A stretch of 64,000 nt of DNA from assembly GCF_039654945.1 (NCBI RefSeq), contig NW_027361788.1, positions 21,514,001 through 21,578,000 of the forward strand, in the 5' to 3' direction. Shown piece after piece: positions 1 through 13,088 of the stretch. Below the pieces are notes generated by a model. That model searched no databases. It saw nothing but the letters and a program-made list of their open reading frames with translations, and had not been told where the DNA came from. Position 1 is the stretch's first letter. The number at the start of each line of letters is the position of its first letter. The stretch is from Dendrobates tinctorius (lineage: Eukaryota). Made by a program: the position numbers and the translations under genes.

Positions 1-2163
1 CTCCTCATGATGTCCTATGCGCAGATGGATATTCTCTACGACCTTGGTCAAGCTCCCCTGGCTCAGTGGAACAGAGTTTCTGGCCTGGACGCTTATAGGC
101 TGGGCTAGCGTCCTACACCTCAGACCATGAGTCTGGACAAAGCGAGCATCCACCAGACCGACTCCTGCTCCGCTGTCCACAAACACCGGTATCACCTCCG
201 GTACCCCGCCAGCCAAGACCTCTGCTGACATGGTACTTAGGGAGGGCAAAATGGAGGAAATGTATACTCCCTGGTCGCCTCCCTCCAAGTGACCAGGGGA
301 ATGCGGCTTCTCAGATGGCACAGATAATTTGGCGCGCAATGGGCAAGCCTTCAGGACATGACCAGTCTGCTTACAGAACAAACATGCCGACACCACTCCC
401 CGAACCGTAGGCAACTCCAAAAACAAACTAGCTCCTCCTACTTGCATGAGTTCATCAGGAGACTTGGCATGAACTGGGCAGGCTCTCATAAATTGGCCAG
501 GCTTCCCACAGGAAAAGCATACCCCCCCCACCACGACAAGCGGCAGACACTCCCTTTTTTGTATCAACAACACCGGGCTGTCTGGGTTCCTCCGTCCGCA
601 CTGGTGGGTCCTCCTACCTAGCGAGGACATCAGGGGGCACTTTTTGTATATGTCTTTCCCTAAGGCGTCTATCCACCCGGATGGCAAGGGACATCGCGGC
701 CTCCAGCGACCTGGGGGCGGCGTACTGCACCAGAGTATCCTGCAACTTAGGAGACAAACCCTGCACAAATTGACTCCTAAGTGCAGGGTCATTCCACTGA
801 GTATTAGTGGCCCATCTCCTAAACTCTGAGCAGTAATCCTCAGCGACCCGGACTCCCTGTTTAGACTTACGGATTCAGGATTCCGCCAGGGCGACGCCAT
901 CAGGATCCCCATACACAAGCGCCAAAGCCGCAAAGAACTTGTCCACGGACTCTACAGATGGAGAATCGTCCGGTAGGGAGAAGGCCCAGGATAGGGGATC
1001 CCCTTTAAGAAGGGACATAATGATTCCCATCCGTTGATCTTCATTCCCTGATGAACAAGGGCGCAGCCTGAAATACAATTTACAGGCTTGTTGAAACACC
1101 AAGAATTGATCTCTCCCTCCAGAAAATCTGTCAGGGAGGGATATCTTGGGTTCTGGCTGAGCCTGTTCCTGAACCAAGCCCCCAGAGCCCACCAACAGCC
1201 GCAGCTGCCGCACCAACCCTCCGCGCAGCCCCCTAATCTCATTAGTAAGGGTCTGCAGCAATTGGGCAAAGGGCTGAACTTGGTCCACGGCTCATCAGAA
1301 AAAAAAGTTGCGGTTGGTGATAATGTCACGTGAACCCGTCCTGTGTGACGCGACCAGCAGGCCGGTAACTAAAACAACAGGACGCGGCACGTGATACTGT
1401 CCTGTGTGACACGGCTCACAGGTCGGTAACTAAAACAACAAGACAAGGGGTAGGGAAACAGTTACAACGGTGGGCCCTGCGATAGGGAAAGGGGACGTGG
1501 AGACCTCCTGCACTCCCCTGAGTCATTGTCCCTAACGCTCCTAACATTCCCTATGTCGGTTCCGCACCGGGCGCCGATCAGGAACCTGTCGCCATAGCAC
1601 ACCCTACACCTATCCCTTGCTAGGGAGCTGGGTGGCGCAGGCACTGGCTCCACCGCTGTACTAATACACACTAAGGAAAAAACACAAACGGGGAAACACA
1701 ACTTAGCTTTACTCTGTTGCACTTGCTCCTGGCAACAGAGTCCACCACCAGCATGCAGCTCTCCTCCTGAGTCGCTGCCACCAAGATCTGTCAGAGCTAC
1801 AAGGAAATCCCCTATGACTCCTTCCACACCAGGGCTAAGACAGTGCTACAAGGAACGCTCTCCAGCTCCTTCCTCCACCAAGGATGGTTGAAATGAACAC
1901 TATCACCAACACTGATTGCAACACCTGTGACTCTTGTATAGCAGAGCCAGCAAACACATCTGTATTATAATCATGTGCACTTAACTAAAGAAACAAGAGT
2001 GCAATGACGCTCACCACCACCGGGGGCAAACTTAGAACAAACGACACCACAGGGCAATAATCCTAATGGCCACCGGGGGCAAAAACCAACCTTAAGCACA
2101 GCTTAGGGAAAAAAAAGGTTACCTGTGCTTTTTATCAGTCCTGATCCAGCATGGATCATCACA
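1..2163 (-). mobile_element. Gypsy (Tf1/sushi-type) LTR retrotransposon, 5' part: 5' LTR 1324-2163 plus decayed gag/zinc-knuckle/protease; runs off the left edge
   Basis: TG...CA LTR (tgtcacg...gatcatcaca). Gag ORF 875-1288 (EPKISLPDRFSGGRDQF...) ends at a CGA>TGA stop. Internal sequence is clearly homologous to the element at 52495-56366. Confidence 0.88.
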
Positions 2164-2477
2164 ATAGGATTAGATACACGGCTCAGCAGTCAGTATCACA
2201 CAGGATAGGATTAAATACACGGCTGAGCAGTCAGTAATACACATGATAGGATTAGGTACACGGCTCAGCAGTCAGTATCACACAGGATAGGGATAGATAC
2301 ACGGCTCAGCAGACAGTATCACACAGGATAGGATTAGATACACGGCTGAGTAGTCAGTAACACATGATAGGATTAGATACACAGCTCAGCATAAAGTATC
2401 ACACAGGAGAGGATTAGGTCCACAGCTCAGCAGACATTATCACACAGGATAGGGTTAGATACACAGCTCAGAAACAG
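2164..2477. repeat. ~41-bp minisatellite (acacaggataggattagatacacggctcagcagtcagtatc), ~7.5 copies
   Basis: Tandem copies visible directly. Confidence 0.9.
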
Positions 2478-2942
2478 GATGTGCCAAAGGAGAGGACATT
2501 TTCATTCCAAGAATTCCACTCATTCCATCTGATTTGTTTTTTGATTTTAAACGCCTCCAGTTTCCAGTTCAACTGCTATTTGCAATGTCCATTAAAAATG
2601 CTCAGGGACAGTCCTTGAAAGTAGTAGGGATCGATTTGCAATCTCCATGCTTTTCTCATGGTCAACTTTACGTGGTCTGTTCAAGAGTTGGAACTGCCAA
2701 AAATCTGTTCATCTTTGCACCGAAAGGATAAATTAAAAATGTTGTTTTTCAAAAGGCTCTTGAATGAGTTGAAAATAAAATACTATCAATACTTGGGTAA
2801 TCGTTTAGTTAATTTGTGTTGCAAATCTGTAGTGTTGAATATATGATGTGAAATGTTTTTATGTGCAATATAATCATTATAATTTGTTATAACTAACCAC
2901 AGTTGGTTACTATGCCCAGGCAACGCCGGGCTCTTCAGCTAG
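2478..2942 (+). mobile_element. Helitron 3' end (PIF1-like helicase C-terminal remnant, hairpin, CTAG terminus)
   Basis: Translation IFIPRIPLIPSD..FKRLQFPV..FAMSI..AQGQSL..VGIDL..PCFSHGQLYV.CSRV matches PIF1/Helitron helicase motifs V-VI. GC hairpin gcccaggcaacgccgggc is followed by CTAG (2939-2942) and then T. Confidence 0.85.
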
Positions 2943-3399
2943 TATTTATATATTTTCACTGAGATGGAAATATACCGTATAATGTTTGTGTGTGTAATAC
3001 ATAAATATATATATATATATATATCCATTGGCATTCGGTTCTGCTAGTTCCAGAGCAGTCAGACTTGCAGTCAGGTGACCACTAGTGTCCGCTGTCAGTG
3101 AATAAACACTGCAGACGCGGCTGACACTAATTGGCACATGACAGCAAGTATGCAGAGCACCTCCTCATGGTTACGTGATAACTGCTGGAAGGGGCAGAGC
3201 CCGACCATGTATATATTAAATTATATGTCTGGTACCTGTATCATCGGGTATCTGCTCTATGCATTGTCTATGGAACTGATGGAAATAGCCGAGTGCAGCC
3301 GTCAGCAGCTCTATAGATAATGGAGAGAGCAGAGGCCGAGCATGCATATATTATATTTCATTATAATGTCTGGTGTCTGCATCATCTGGTATCTGCTCT

Positions 3400-3738
3400 A
3401 CATATGCTGTACATACATATACCGTACATACACACATACACCGTAAATACACACAGATACACATACATATACCGAACATACATACACCGTACATACATAT
3501 ACTGTACATACATACACATACACCGTACATACAGATACACATACATACACCGTACATACATACTGTGTGCTGTACATGCATACACATACACCGTACATAC
3601 ATTTACCCTACATACATCCACACACATATACACATATAGTATACACATACCGTACACAAATATAAGTACACATTTACCATATATACATACACAGATGTAC
3701 AGACACATACATACACACATAGATACCACATATGCATA
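3400..3738. repeat. (TACA/CATA)n degenerate microsatellite; continues at 10786-10840 after the Tc1 insertion
   Basis: Low-complexity tract on both sides of the Tc1 element. Confidence 0.85.
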
Positions 3739-4981
3739 CAGTGGGTGCGGAAAGTATTCAGACCCCTTTAAAAAATGTCACTCTTTGTTTCATTGCAACC
3801 ATTTGGTAAATTCAAAAAAGTTCATTTTTTTTCTCATTTAATGTACACTCTGCACCCCATCTTGATTGACAAAAAAAACCCAGAAATGTAGAAATTTTTG
3901 CAAATTTATTAAAAAAAGAAAACTGAAATATCACATGGTCATAAGTATTCAGACCCTTTGCTCAGACACTCATATTTAAGTCACATGCTGTCCATTTCCT
4001 TGTGATCCTCCTTGAGATGGTTCTACTCGTTCACTGGAGTCCAGCTGTGTTTAATTAAACTGATAGGACTTGATTTGGAAAGGCACACACCTATATAAGA
4101 CCTCACAGCTATCAGTGCATGTCAGACCAAATGAGAATTGTGAGGTCAAAGGAACTGACCAAGGAGCTCAGAGACAGAATTGTGGCAAGGCATAGAACCG
4201 GCCAAGGTTACAAAAGAATTTCTGCAGTACTCAAGGTTCCTAAGAGCACAATGGCCTCCAAAATCCTTAAATAGAAGTTTGGGACCAGCAGAAGTCTTCC
4301 TAGATCTGGCCGTCCAGCCAAACTGAGCAATCGTGGGAGAAGAGCCTTGGTGAGAGAGATAAAGAAGAACCCCAAGATCACTGTGGCTGAGCTCCACAGA
4401 TGCAGTAGGGAGATGCGAGAAAATTCCACAGTCAACTATCACTGCGACCCTCCACCAGTCGGGCCTTTATGGCAGAGTGGCACGACGAAAGCCTTTCCTC
4501 AGTGCCAGACATATGAAAGCCAGCATAGAGTTTGCTAAAAAACACATGAAGGACTCCCAGACTATGAGAAATAAGATTCTCAGCTCTGATGAGACGAAGA
4601 CAGAACTTTTTGGTGATAATTATAAGCGGCATGTGTGGAGAAAACCAGGTACTGCTTATCACCTGCCCAATACAATCCCAACAATGAAACATGGTGGTGG
4701 CAGCATCATGCTATGGGGGTGTTTTTCAGCGGCAGGGACAGGACGACTGGTTGCAATTGAAGGAAACATGAATACGGCCAAGTACAGAGATATCCTGGAT
4801 GAAAACCTCTTCCAGAGTGCTCTGGACCTCAGACTTGGCCAAAGGTTCACGATTTCTACATTTCTGTTTTTCTTCAGTCAAGATGGGGTGCAGAGCGTAC
4901 ATTAATCAGAAAAAAAATAACTTTTTTGAATTTACCAAATGGCCACAATGAAACCTAGAGTTAAAAACTTAAAGGGGTCTG

Positions 4982-7900
4982 TGTTATGATTGAGTCACCG
5001 TAGGAGGCAAAAATAGAAATGCTAGCTAAGTCCAGAAAACCAGAGAAGTTGGCAGCTATCGGATTGCAGACCCCTGAACCTATCAACACAACTAGCAGTA
5101 GCCGTGGGGGGCTCCTACGATGCCCTAGGCCCCTCGAACACAGCCGGAGGACTACATAGCCTAAAGACAGAAAGGGAAATCTAAACTGCCCCAGAGCAGA
5201 CCCCAAAGTAGAAGGCAGCCCCCCACATATAATGACGGTGAAGCAAGAAGAAAGAACAAAACACAGACAGAAAGATAGACTGAGCAAAGATGGGGCCCAC
5301 GCTAGCTTAGATAGGAAAGGACAGGAAGGCTGCTGTCTGCAATCCGTGAAAACCCCTATGAAAATAAGAGCCAACAAACTGACAGTAAAAAAGGCCCTGA
5401 AGATGCTAGGCTTCAAAAAAGCTATGTCAGTACTCAGGAATATTCTGAAGACAGAGCAACAGGCAAAAGGAGATTCAGCTCACCCCAGCAGGGAATGGCA
5501 GAATCCAGAAAAGCAAGGAAAACAAAACACTAATGCAAAAAGGCAAAGCAGAAATCTTAGCCTTAGATGAGCAGGAATCAGACTGGTTTCCTAGAAGTCC
5601 ACAGAGAAATCACCCGCAGGCCAGAAGGGCGTCGGCAGCCTTATATCCAGTCATTAACTCCACTCAGCCAGTCATCATCATCAGCCCCAGGTGTTTGACA
5701 ATCAGGCTCACTACCTTTCTTCACCAGAAGAGGGAGTTCCTCGGGCCTCAGTAGTGAAGGGGAAAATGAACTCACAACAGTACCTCCCCCTTGAGGAGGG
5801 GTCACCGAACCCTCAACCACGCCACCAGGGCGATCAGGGTGAGCCCGATGAAAGGCACGCACCAATCTTTTGGCATGAATATCAGAGGCAGAGACCCAGG
5901 AATTATCCTCCTGACCCTCCCACTTAACCAAATACTGGAGTCTCCGTCTAGCCAGACGGGAATCCAGTACTTTCTCTACCTCATATTCCATGTTACCTTC
6001 AACCAATACAGGGTCTGGAGGTGCAACCCCCGGAACAACAGGTTCAACAAACCTCTTCAACAAAGATTTATGGAACACATTATGGATTTTAAATGTGACA
6101 GGAAGAGCCAAACGAAAAGAGACCGGATTAATAATCTCCAAAATCTTGTAAGGTCCAATAAATCTAGGCTTAAACTTAGGAGAAGCCACCTTCATAGCAA
6201 TATTTTTTTATGATAACCACACCATATCACCAACCTTAAATTGGGGACCAATGGTCCTATGTCGGTTGGAAAACCGCTGGGCCTTTTCCTGGGAGAGAGA
6301 TAACTTATCCACCACTTGGTCCCAGATCTGGTGCATTCTCTCCACCACAGTGTCAACCCCTGGGCAGGCGGAGGGCTCCACCTGCCCTGAAGAAAATCGA
6401 GGATGAAACCCAAAGTTACAAAAAAAAGGAGACATCAAAGTGGCAGAACTAGCTCTATTATTTAAAGCAAGTTCGGCCAAGGGCAAAAATGAAACCCAAT
6501 CATCCTGATCAGCAGAAATAAAACATCTCAAATATGACTCCAAGGTCTGGTTTGTTCTCTCTGTCTGCCCATTGGTCTGAGGGTGAAAAGCAGAGGAGAA
6601 TGACAACTGAATTCCCAGCTTGGAACAGAAAGTTCTCCAAAATCTAGACACAAACTGGACTCCTCTGTCAGATACAATGTTCTCAGGAATCCCGTGCAAG
6701 CGTACCACCTGTTGTAAAAACAGGGGCACCAATTCAGAGGAAGACTGCAACTTAGGGAGTGGTACAAGATGAACCATCTTAGAGAACCTATCACAAATCA
6801 CCCAAATAACAGTCATCCTTTGAGAGACAGGCATATCAGAGATTAAATCCATTGAAATATGGGTCCATGGCCTCTTGGGGACAGGCAAAGGCATCAACAA
6901 CCCACTAGAGCGAGAACACGATTTAGACCGGGAGCACGTCCCACAGGACTGCACAAAATACCTGACATCACGAGACAAGGAGGGCCACCAAAAAGACCGA
7001 CTCACCAGATCTCTAGTACCAAAAATACCTGGATGACCAGCCAAAGCAGAGCAATGAACTTCAGACATCACTCTCTTCTTCCACTGGTCAGGAACATACA
7101 ACTTTCCACTGGGACAACGCTCAGGTTTGTCCTCCTGGAACTCTTCCAGAGCATGTCTCAAATCGGGCGAGATGGCAGAAAGAACAACCCCTTCGCCTAA
7201 GATGGGAGCAGGCTTGGTCACCACAGGAGAATCAGCAAAGAAGCTCCTAGAGAGGGCGTCAGCCTTGACATTCTTAGTTCCAGGAAGAAAAGAAACCACA
7301 AAATCAAAACGTGTAAAAAACAAGGCCCACCTAGCCTGTCTAGGGTTCAAGCGCTTAGCCGACTCTAGGTAAATCAAATTCTTGTGGTCAGTGAGGACCA
7401 CGACTTGATGCTTAGCTCCCTCCAACCAATGTCTCCACTCCTCAAATGCCCATTTCATGGCTAACAGTTCCCGATTCCCCACATCATAGTTACGTTCAGA
7501 TGGAGAGAACTTTCGGGAAAAGAAAGCACAGGGATTCATTTTAGATGTTACAGGATCCTTTTGGGACAAAACAGCTCCTGCACCAATCTCAGAAGCATCC
7601 ACCTCTACCTGGAACGGAAGTGAGACATCAGGTTGCCGCAAAACCGGGGCGGAGGTGAATCTTCGCTTCAGCTCCTGAAAGGAAGAAACAGCCTCTGGAG
7701 ACCAATTTAACACATCAGCACCCTTCTTAGTCAAATCAGTCAATGGCTTGGCAATACTAGAAAATTTTGCTATAAATTTCTGATAAAAATTAGCAAAACC
7801 CAAAAACTTCTGGAGGGCCTTCAAAGAAGTGGGCTGAACCCAATCGTAAATGGCCTGTACCTTGGCCGGGTCCATTTCAATAGTTGACGGGGACAAAATA

Positions 7901-10759
7901 AATCCCAAAAAAGAAATCCTCTGTACTCCAAAAAGGCATTTAGATCCTTTGACATACAGGGAATTCTCCCTCAAGATCCGGAACACAGTCCGAATATGTT
8001 CCACATGAGAATCCCAATCCTTGGAGAAGATCAAAATATCATCCAGATAGATAATCAAAAATTTATCGACAAAATCTCGGAAAATATCGTTCATGAAGCA
8101 CTGGAAGACAGAAGGGGCATTAGTGAGCCCAAAAGGCATCACCAGGTACTCAAAATGTCCCTCCGGAGTATTAAACGCCGTCTTCCATTCATCCCCATGC
8201 TTAATGCGAATAAGATTATACGCCCCCCTGAGGTCAAGCTTGGTAAACCAGCAAGCACCTTTAACTCTGGAGAATAGATCAGAAATCAGGGGTAACGGAT
8301 ACTGATATTTAACAGTAATTTTGTTGAGAGCACGATAATCAATACAAGGTCTTAATGATCCATCCTTTTTGGCTACAAAAAAAAAAACGGCACCTAAGGG
8401 TGACGAGGATGGTCTAATATGACCCTTCTCCAACGCCTCCTTAATATAGGATCGCATAGCCTCGTGCTCGGGTACAGATAAATTGAAGAGCCGACCCTTG
8501 GGAAATTTACACCCCGGGCTCAGTTCAATAGCACAGTCATAACTCCTATGAGGAGGCAGAGACGCAGACTCATTCTCACTAAATACATCATAAAAGTCCG
8601 CCAAATAATCAGGAACATCATGCGACTGAGGAGAGGTGGAAAACACCGGAGCCTCACTAAAGGCACACCGACATCCCCAACTCACCACAGACACAGATTT
8701 CCAATCCAAAACTGGATTATGAATTTGTAACCAGGGAAACCCCAGAACAATAGTATCATGCAGATTATGTAACACCAAAAACCTGCAATTTTCTTGATGG
8801 TCTGGGGCGACCCGCATTACCACCTGGGTCCAAAACTGAGGTTTGTTTTTAGCCAAAGGAGTAGCATCAATCCCCCTCAAAGGGATAGGCGTCTGCAGAG
8901 GTGTCATCGGAAATCCACAACGTTTAGCAAAATCCAAGTCCATTAGGTTTAGAGCTGCTCCCGAATCCACAAAAGCCTTGGCGGAAAATGTGGACAGGGA
9001 GCAGATCAGAGTAATAGCCAGAAGAAACTTAGGTTGAACACCACCAACAGAAAACGTGTGTGCAAAGCGTTTCTCGCGTTTAGGACAGACAGAAATAATA
9101 TGCGAGGCATCTCCACAGAAAAAACACAACTTATTAAGCCTTCTGAACCCCTGACGCTGCTCTCTGGAAAAAACTCTATCACATTGCATAGGTTCAGACA
9201 TCTGTTCAACAGGTGGCAACACCTCTCATGCAGCTCTGCGTTCGCGTAAACGCCGATCAACCTGAATGGATAAAGACATAGAATCGTCAAGACCAGAGGG
9301 AACAGGAAATCCCACCATAGTATCTTTTACGGCTTCTGACAACCCCTTCCGAAAGAGAGCAGCCAAGGCATTATCATTCCAGGTAGTAAGTACTGCCCAC
9401 TTTCGGAATTTTTGACAGTACAATTCTGCAGAATCACGACCCTGGTTCAATGCCAGCAGGGTCTTTTCAGCCTGATCAATGGCATTAGGTTCGTCATACA
9501 ACAACCCCAAGGCCTGAAAAAATGCGTTCACATTAGTCAGAATAGGATCATCTGGTTTCAAAGAAAACGCCCAATCCTGGGGATCGCCACGCAGCAAAGA
9601 GATGACAATTTTAACCTGCTGCGCGGAGCTCCCTGTTGAGTTAGGCTTCAAGGCAAAAAATAATTTACAATTATTTTGAAATTCAAAAATTTAGACCGAT
9701 CCCCAAAAAATACATCAGGTGTAGGAATCTTTGGTTCAGCAGCATGTGAATGAGCAAGGTAGGCGAAATTCCTCACACTTCCGCAGCGAGCTGCTCCACA
9801 CGATCAGACAATTGCTTTATCTCCATTAAGAGAAAAAAAAAAAAATTCCCCCTACGGCCTCAGAGATATAGAGGAAAAAATATACACACCCTTTTTTTTT
9901 TTTTTTTTTTTACAATTCTTTCCTGCTATTGAGTACCCTAGAATCTGCGGTATGGCGGGTGATTCTGTTATGATTGAGTCACCGTAGGAGGCAAAAATAG
10001 AAATGCTAGCTAAGTCCAGAAAACCAGAGAAGTTGGCAGCTATCGGATTGCAGACCCCTGAACCTATCAACACAACTAGCAGTAGCCGTGGGGGGCTCCT
10101 ACGATGCCCTAGGCCCCTCGAACACAGCCGGAGGACTACATAGCCTAAAGACAGAAAGGGAAATCTAAACTGCCCCAGAGCAGACCTCAAAGTAAAAGGC
10201 AGCCCCCCACATATAATGATGGTGAAGCAAGAAGAACAAAACACAGACAGAAAGATAGACTGAGCAAAGATGGGGCCCACGCTAGCTTAGATAGGAAAGG
10301 ACAGGAAGGCTGCTGTCTGCAATCCGTGAAAACCCCTATGAAAATAAGAGCCAACAAACTGACAGTAAAAAAGGCCCTGAAGACGCTAGGCTTCAGAAAA
10401 GCTATGTCAGTACTCAGGAATATTCTGAAGACAGAGCAACAGGCAAAAGGAGATTCAGCTCACCCCAGCAGGGAATGGCAGAATACAGAAAAGCAAGGAG
10501 AACAAAACACTAATGCAAAAAGGCAAAGCAGAAATCTTAGCCTTAGATGAGCAGGAATCAGACTGGTTTCCTAGAAGTCCACAGAGAAATCACCCGCAGG
10601 CCAGAAGGGCGTCGGCAGCCTTATATCCAGTCATTAACTCCACTCAGCCAGTCATCATCATCAGCCCCAGGTGTTTGACAATCAGGCTCACTACCTTTCT
10701 TCACCAGAAGAGGGAGTTCCTCGGGCCTCAGTAGTGAAGGGGAAAATGAACTCACAACA
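4982..10759 (-). mobile_element. Near full-length chromodomain-bearing Gypsy (Tf1/sushi group) LTR retrotransposon; LTRs 4982-5779 and 9966-10759
   Basis: Two ~795-bp TG...CA LTRs differ by about 7 substitutions plus a 4-nt indel. TSD GGTCTG, PPT next to the 3' LTR, and gag-PR-RT-RH-IN-chromo domain order. Confidence 0.96.
5770..9651 (-). pseudogene. Gypsy gag-pol polyprotein (capsid, CCHC knuckle, protease, RT, RNase H, integrase, chromodomain) with two in-frame nonsense codons
   Basis: ORFs 9226-9651, 6208-9222 and 5641-6195 share one frame and are separated by single stops. Motifs: CFFCGDASHIISVC, FVDSGA, YLDDILI, VDASEIG, HPQTNGQTER, RFIGPY, YEVEKVLDSR..YLVKWEG. Confidence 0.92.
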
Positions 10760-12096
10760 GGTCTGCATACGTTTTGAACCCACTGTACATATACATATCC
10801 AGTACATACATATATACATATATTGTACATATACACACACTAATTTATGTCCTCAGGTTTTCAGATAGCCATTGAGGTCAGCCACATAGTGCAGAGATCA
10901 GCTGGGGAGGACTGCAGAACTCACTGTGGGGGATGAGGACACAGCAAAGAGCACTTATATCAGCCCCCTGCTGCTGTGCTGTCCCGTGCAGTGAGCCTCC
11001 TCCCCCGACCTCTTCTCTGTGAGATGCTGCAGCCTACTGGGAATAGAACAGTGAAGGGAGCAGAAGACCCCCTGTAAGTCCTGCATTTCCTCCACTGCTG
11101 TCCCCTGTGTGCTGTGCGGCCCAGGCCCCTGACTACAGGTGACTCACCAGTCACCATTGGGACGCACCATGCTGGAGAACAGAGACTGCAGCCAGTGAGC
11201 GCTCTCATCACTCTGGTGGGGAAAGTGTTAATTGGCCAGCGTCTTTCCCTGCATGACACGCCCCCTTTATGAACTCCTGCACTCTGCACCGCTCTCTCCC
11301 CACCCAGCTCTAGACATTTGCATGACTATGGGACGGAGTGAGAGCGGCCCGATGCATGACACCGGGCCCCTCTTACCTCCCCCGCAATCTTAACTCAGTT
11401 GCCCCATAGCAGCTGCATACTCTGCCGCTATGGGCAGTATGGCCCTGCCTGCAGGGACCCCCCTCAACCTTCAGGCCCCAGTGCAGTTGCATCGGCGGTA
11501 TGTCCACCCCAGGCACCAGCATAATCCTACCGCTGGGGCCCGTGAGCAGAAGAGGCGGGACCTGCTCCCTCTGCTCTCCGGGCCCCATACGCCAGTCAGG
11601 GCAGTAATGACGTGATGGCGGCCCTGGATGCCAGACTCATGCGAGTTTCTCGCAAGTGTGACTCCGGCCTGAAGATCATTCTGGGGATACACACTGCAGG
11701 GGGTGTCTCCAAAACTGGACTTCACAAATCACAAAGCGCTGGCTCTTTATATCATTTACCCCCTAACAGATTACTTATCAGCCTCTTAATGCAGAACTAG
11801 GACAGCAATGTCATATCGGTCCATTGTAGGACGGTAGCTCCCTTAGGTACCATACACATTGTGTCCTGTCAGGTGTGTGCAGCGACTCCCTGCAGACAAC
11901 AGCGTATGTGCCCCAAAATGGTGCCAATAAAAACTACGGCTCATGGCGGCTCCAGGACGGGAACAGACCGTGTAATAGAGAATGCCAGCGTAGTGATGTA
12001 TGGAGGGCTCGGTGTTGTGTTCATTACACCAGGGGGATATTACATCACATCATATCGTGATACTGGGTGTTGGGGGAGTGGAGATGGTTACTTTTC

Positions 12097-12353
12097 GTTG
12101 CTATAGTTACAGTGCATCAGTTTCCACGGGTCACGTGACAAGCAGCTCCAGGACAGAGGAATATTCCATTAGTCTTTGGAAAGGGGGGGATGGAGGAGGT
12201 CACTGCCAAAGAACATGAGCACGGGGCCAAAATTATATCTGTAAAATAGAAATATCCTGTTCAGAAATCCAGTAACTATCACACCTACCTCCCTCCATTT
12301 ACTTTGCTTACTTACCTGTGGAGAATAGTGGTACGGTCCGTTGCTATGGCAAC
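12097..12353. promoter_or_regulatory. RFX X-boxes of the ribc1 promoter: GTTGCTATGGCAAC (12340-12353) and GTTGCTATAGTTAC (12097-12110)
   Basis: Consensus palindromic X-box 0.75 kb upstream of a motile-cilia gene ATG. Candidate non-coding exon donor CAG|GTATGT at 12450/12451. Confidence 0.75.
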
Positions 12354-12424
12354 GAATGTTGCTGGTGACTTATGTCCTCCAGGACATGCACTGCAGCCTG
12401 ATAGCATACAATCTATAAGTAACT

Positions 12425-13025
12425 GGCTGAGACTCGTAGTCCCATATCAGGTATGTAGTAGGTATACTGAGACTTGTAGTTCTTCACAAGGTGTGTAGTA
12501 GATATGCTGAGACTTGTAGTTTCCAACAGGAATTTAGTGAGACTTGTAGTTCCTCGACAGGTGTATCAGTATGCTGAGACCTGTAGTTCTTCATTGGGTG
12601 TGTAGAAGGCATGCTGAGACATATAGTTCTTCAGTTACGAAGGCATGCTGAGACTTGTAGTTCCCAGTCAGTTATGAAGTAGGCATGCTGAGACTTATAG
12701 TCCTTTAGTTATGAAGAAGGCATGCTGAGACTTATAGTTCTTCAGTTATGAAGTAGGCATGCTGAGACATATGGTTCCTCAGTTAGGAAGTAGGCATGCT
12801 GAGACATATGGTTCCTCAGTTAGGAAGTAGGCATGCTGAGACATATGGTTCCTCAGTTAGGAAGTAGGCATGCTGAGACTTGTAGTTACCAATCAGGTAT
12901 GGAATAGGCATACTAAGGCTTGTGGTTCCCCTCCATAGGGTGACCCTTGTAGTTCCATATCAGTTGCAGTCGGCCTTCGGAGACTTCCATTGTTGTCTGG
13001 CTTTGCTGGGCCTTGTAGTTCCCCA
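12425..13025. repeat. ~37-bp tandem repeat carrying GCATGCTGAGACTTGTAGT (ZNF143/THAP11-motif-like) in the ribc1 5' intron
   Basis: About 14 degenerate copies visible. Confidence 0.8.
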
Positions 13026-13088
13026 TTGTTCAGTAGTGTACGGTGACATTTCCTATTCTCCCCATCTCGGCAGGTTCTCCCGGCAGCC

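Larger units (their letters stand above)
3739..10785 (+). mobile_element. Tc1/mariner DNA transposon, internally deleted, with a Gypsy element inserted in its right TIR
   Basis: TA|cagtgggtgcggaaagtattcagacccc ... ggtctgcatacgttttgaacccactg|TA. Transposase remnants 4138-4850 (ARRKPFLS..SDETK..KHGGGSIMLWGCFS). Confidence 0.88.

Noticed and set aside
3320-3841. His/Tyr/Thr-rich ORFs
   Set aside because: Translations of the (TACA)n microsatellite.
9223-9228. In-frame TGA between gag and pol as programmed read-through
   Set aside because: The stop lies upstream of the zinc knuckle, inside Gag, and fits CGA>TGA decay. The element has other disabling mutations.
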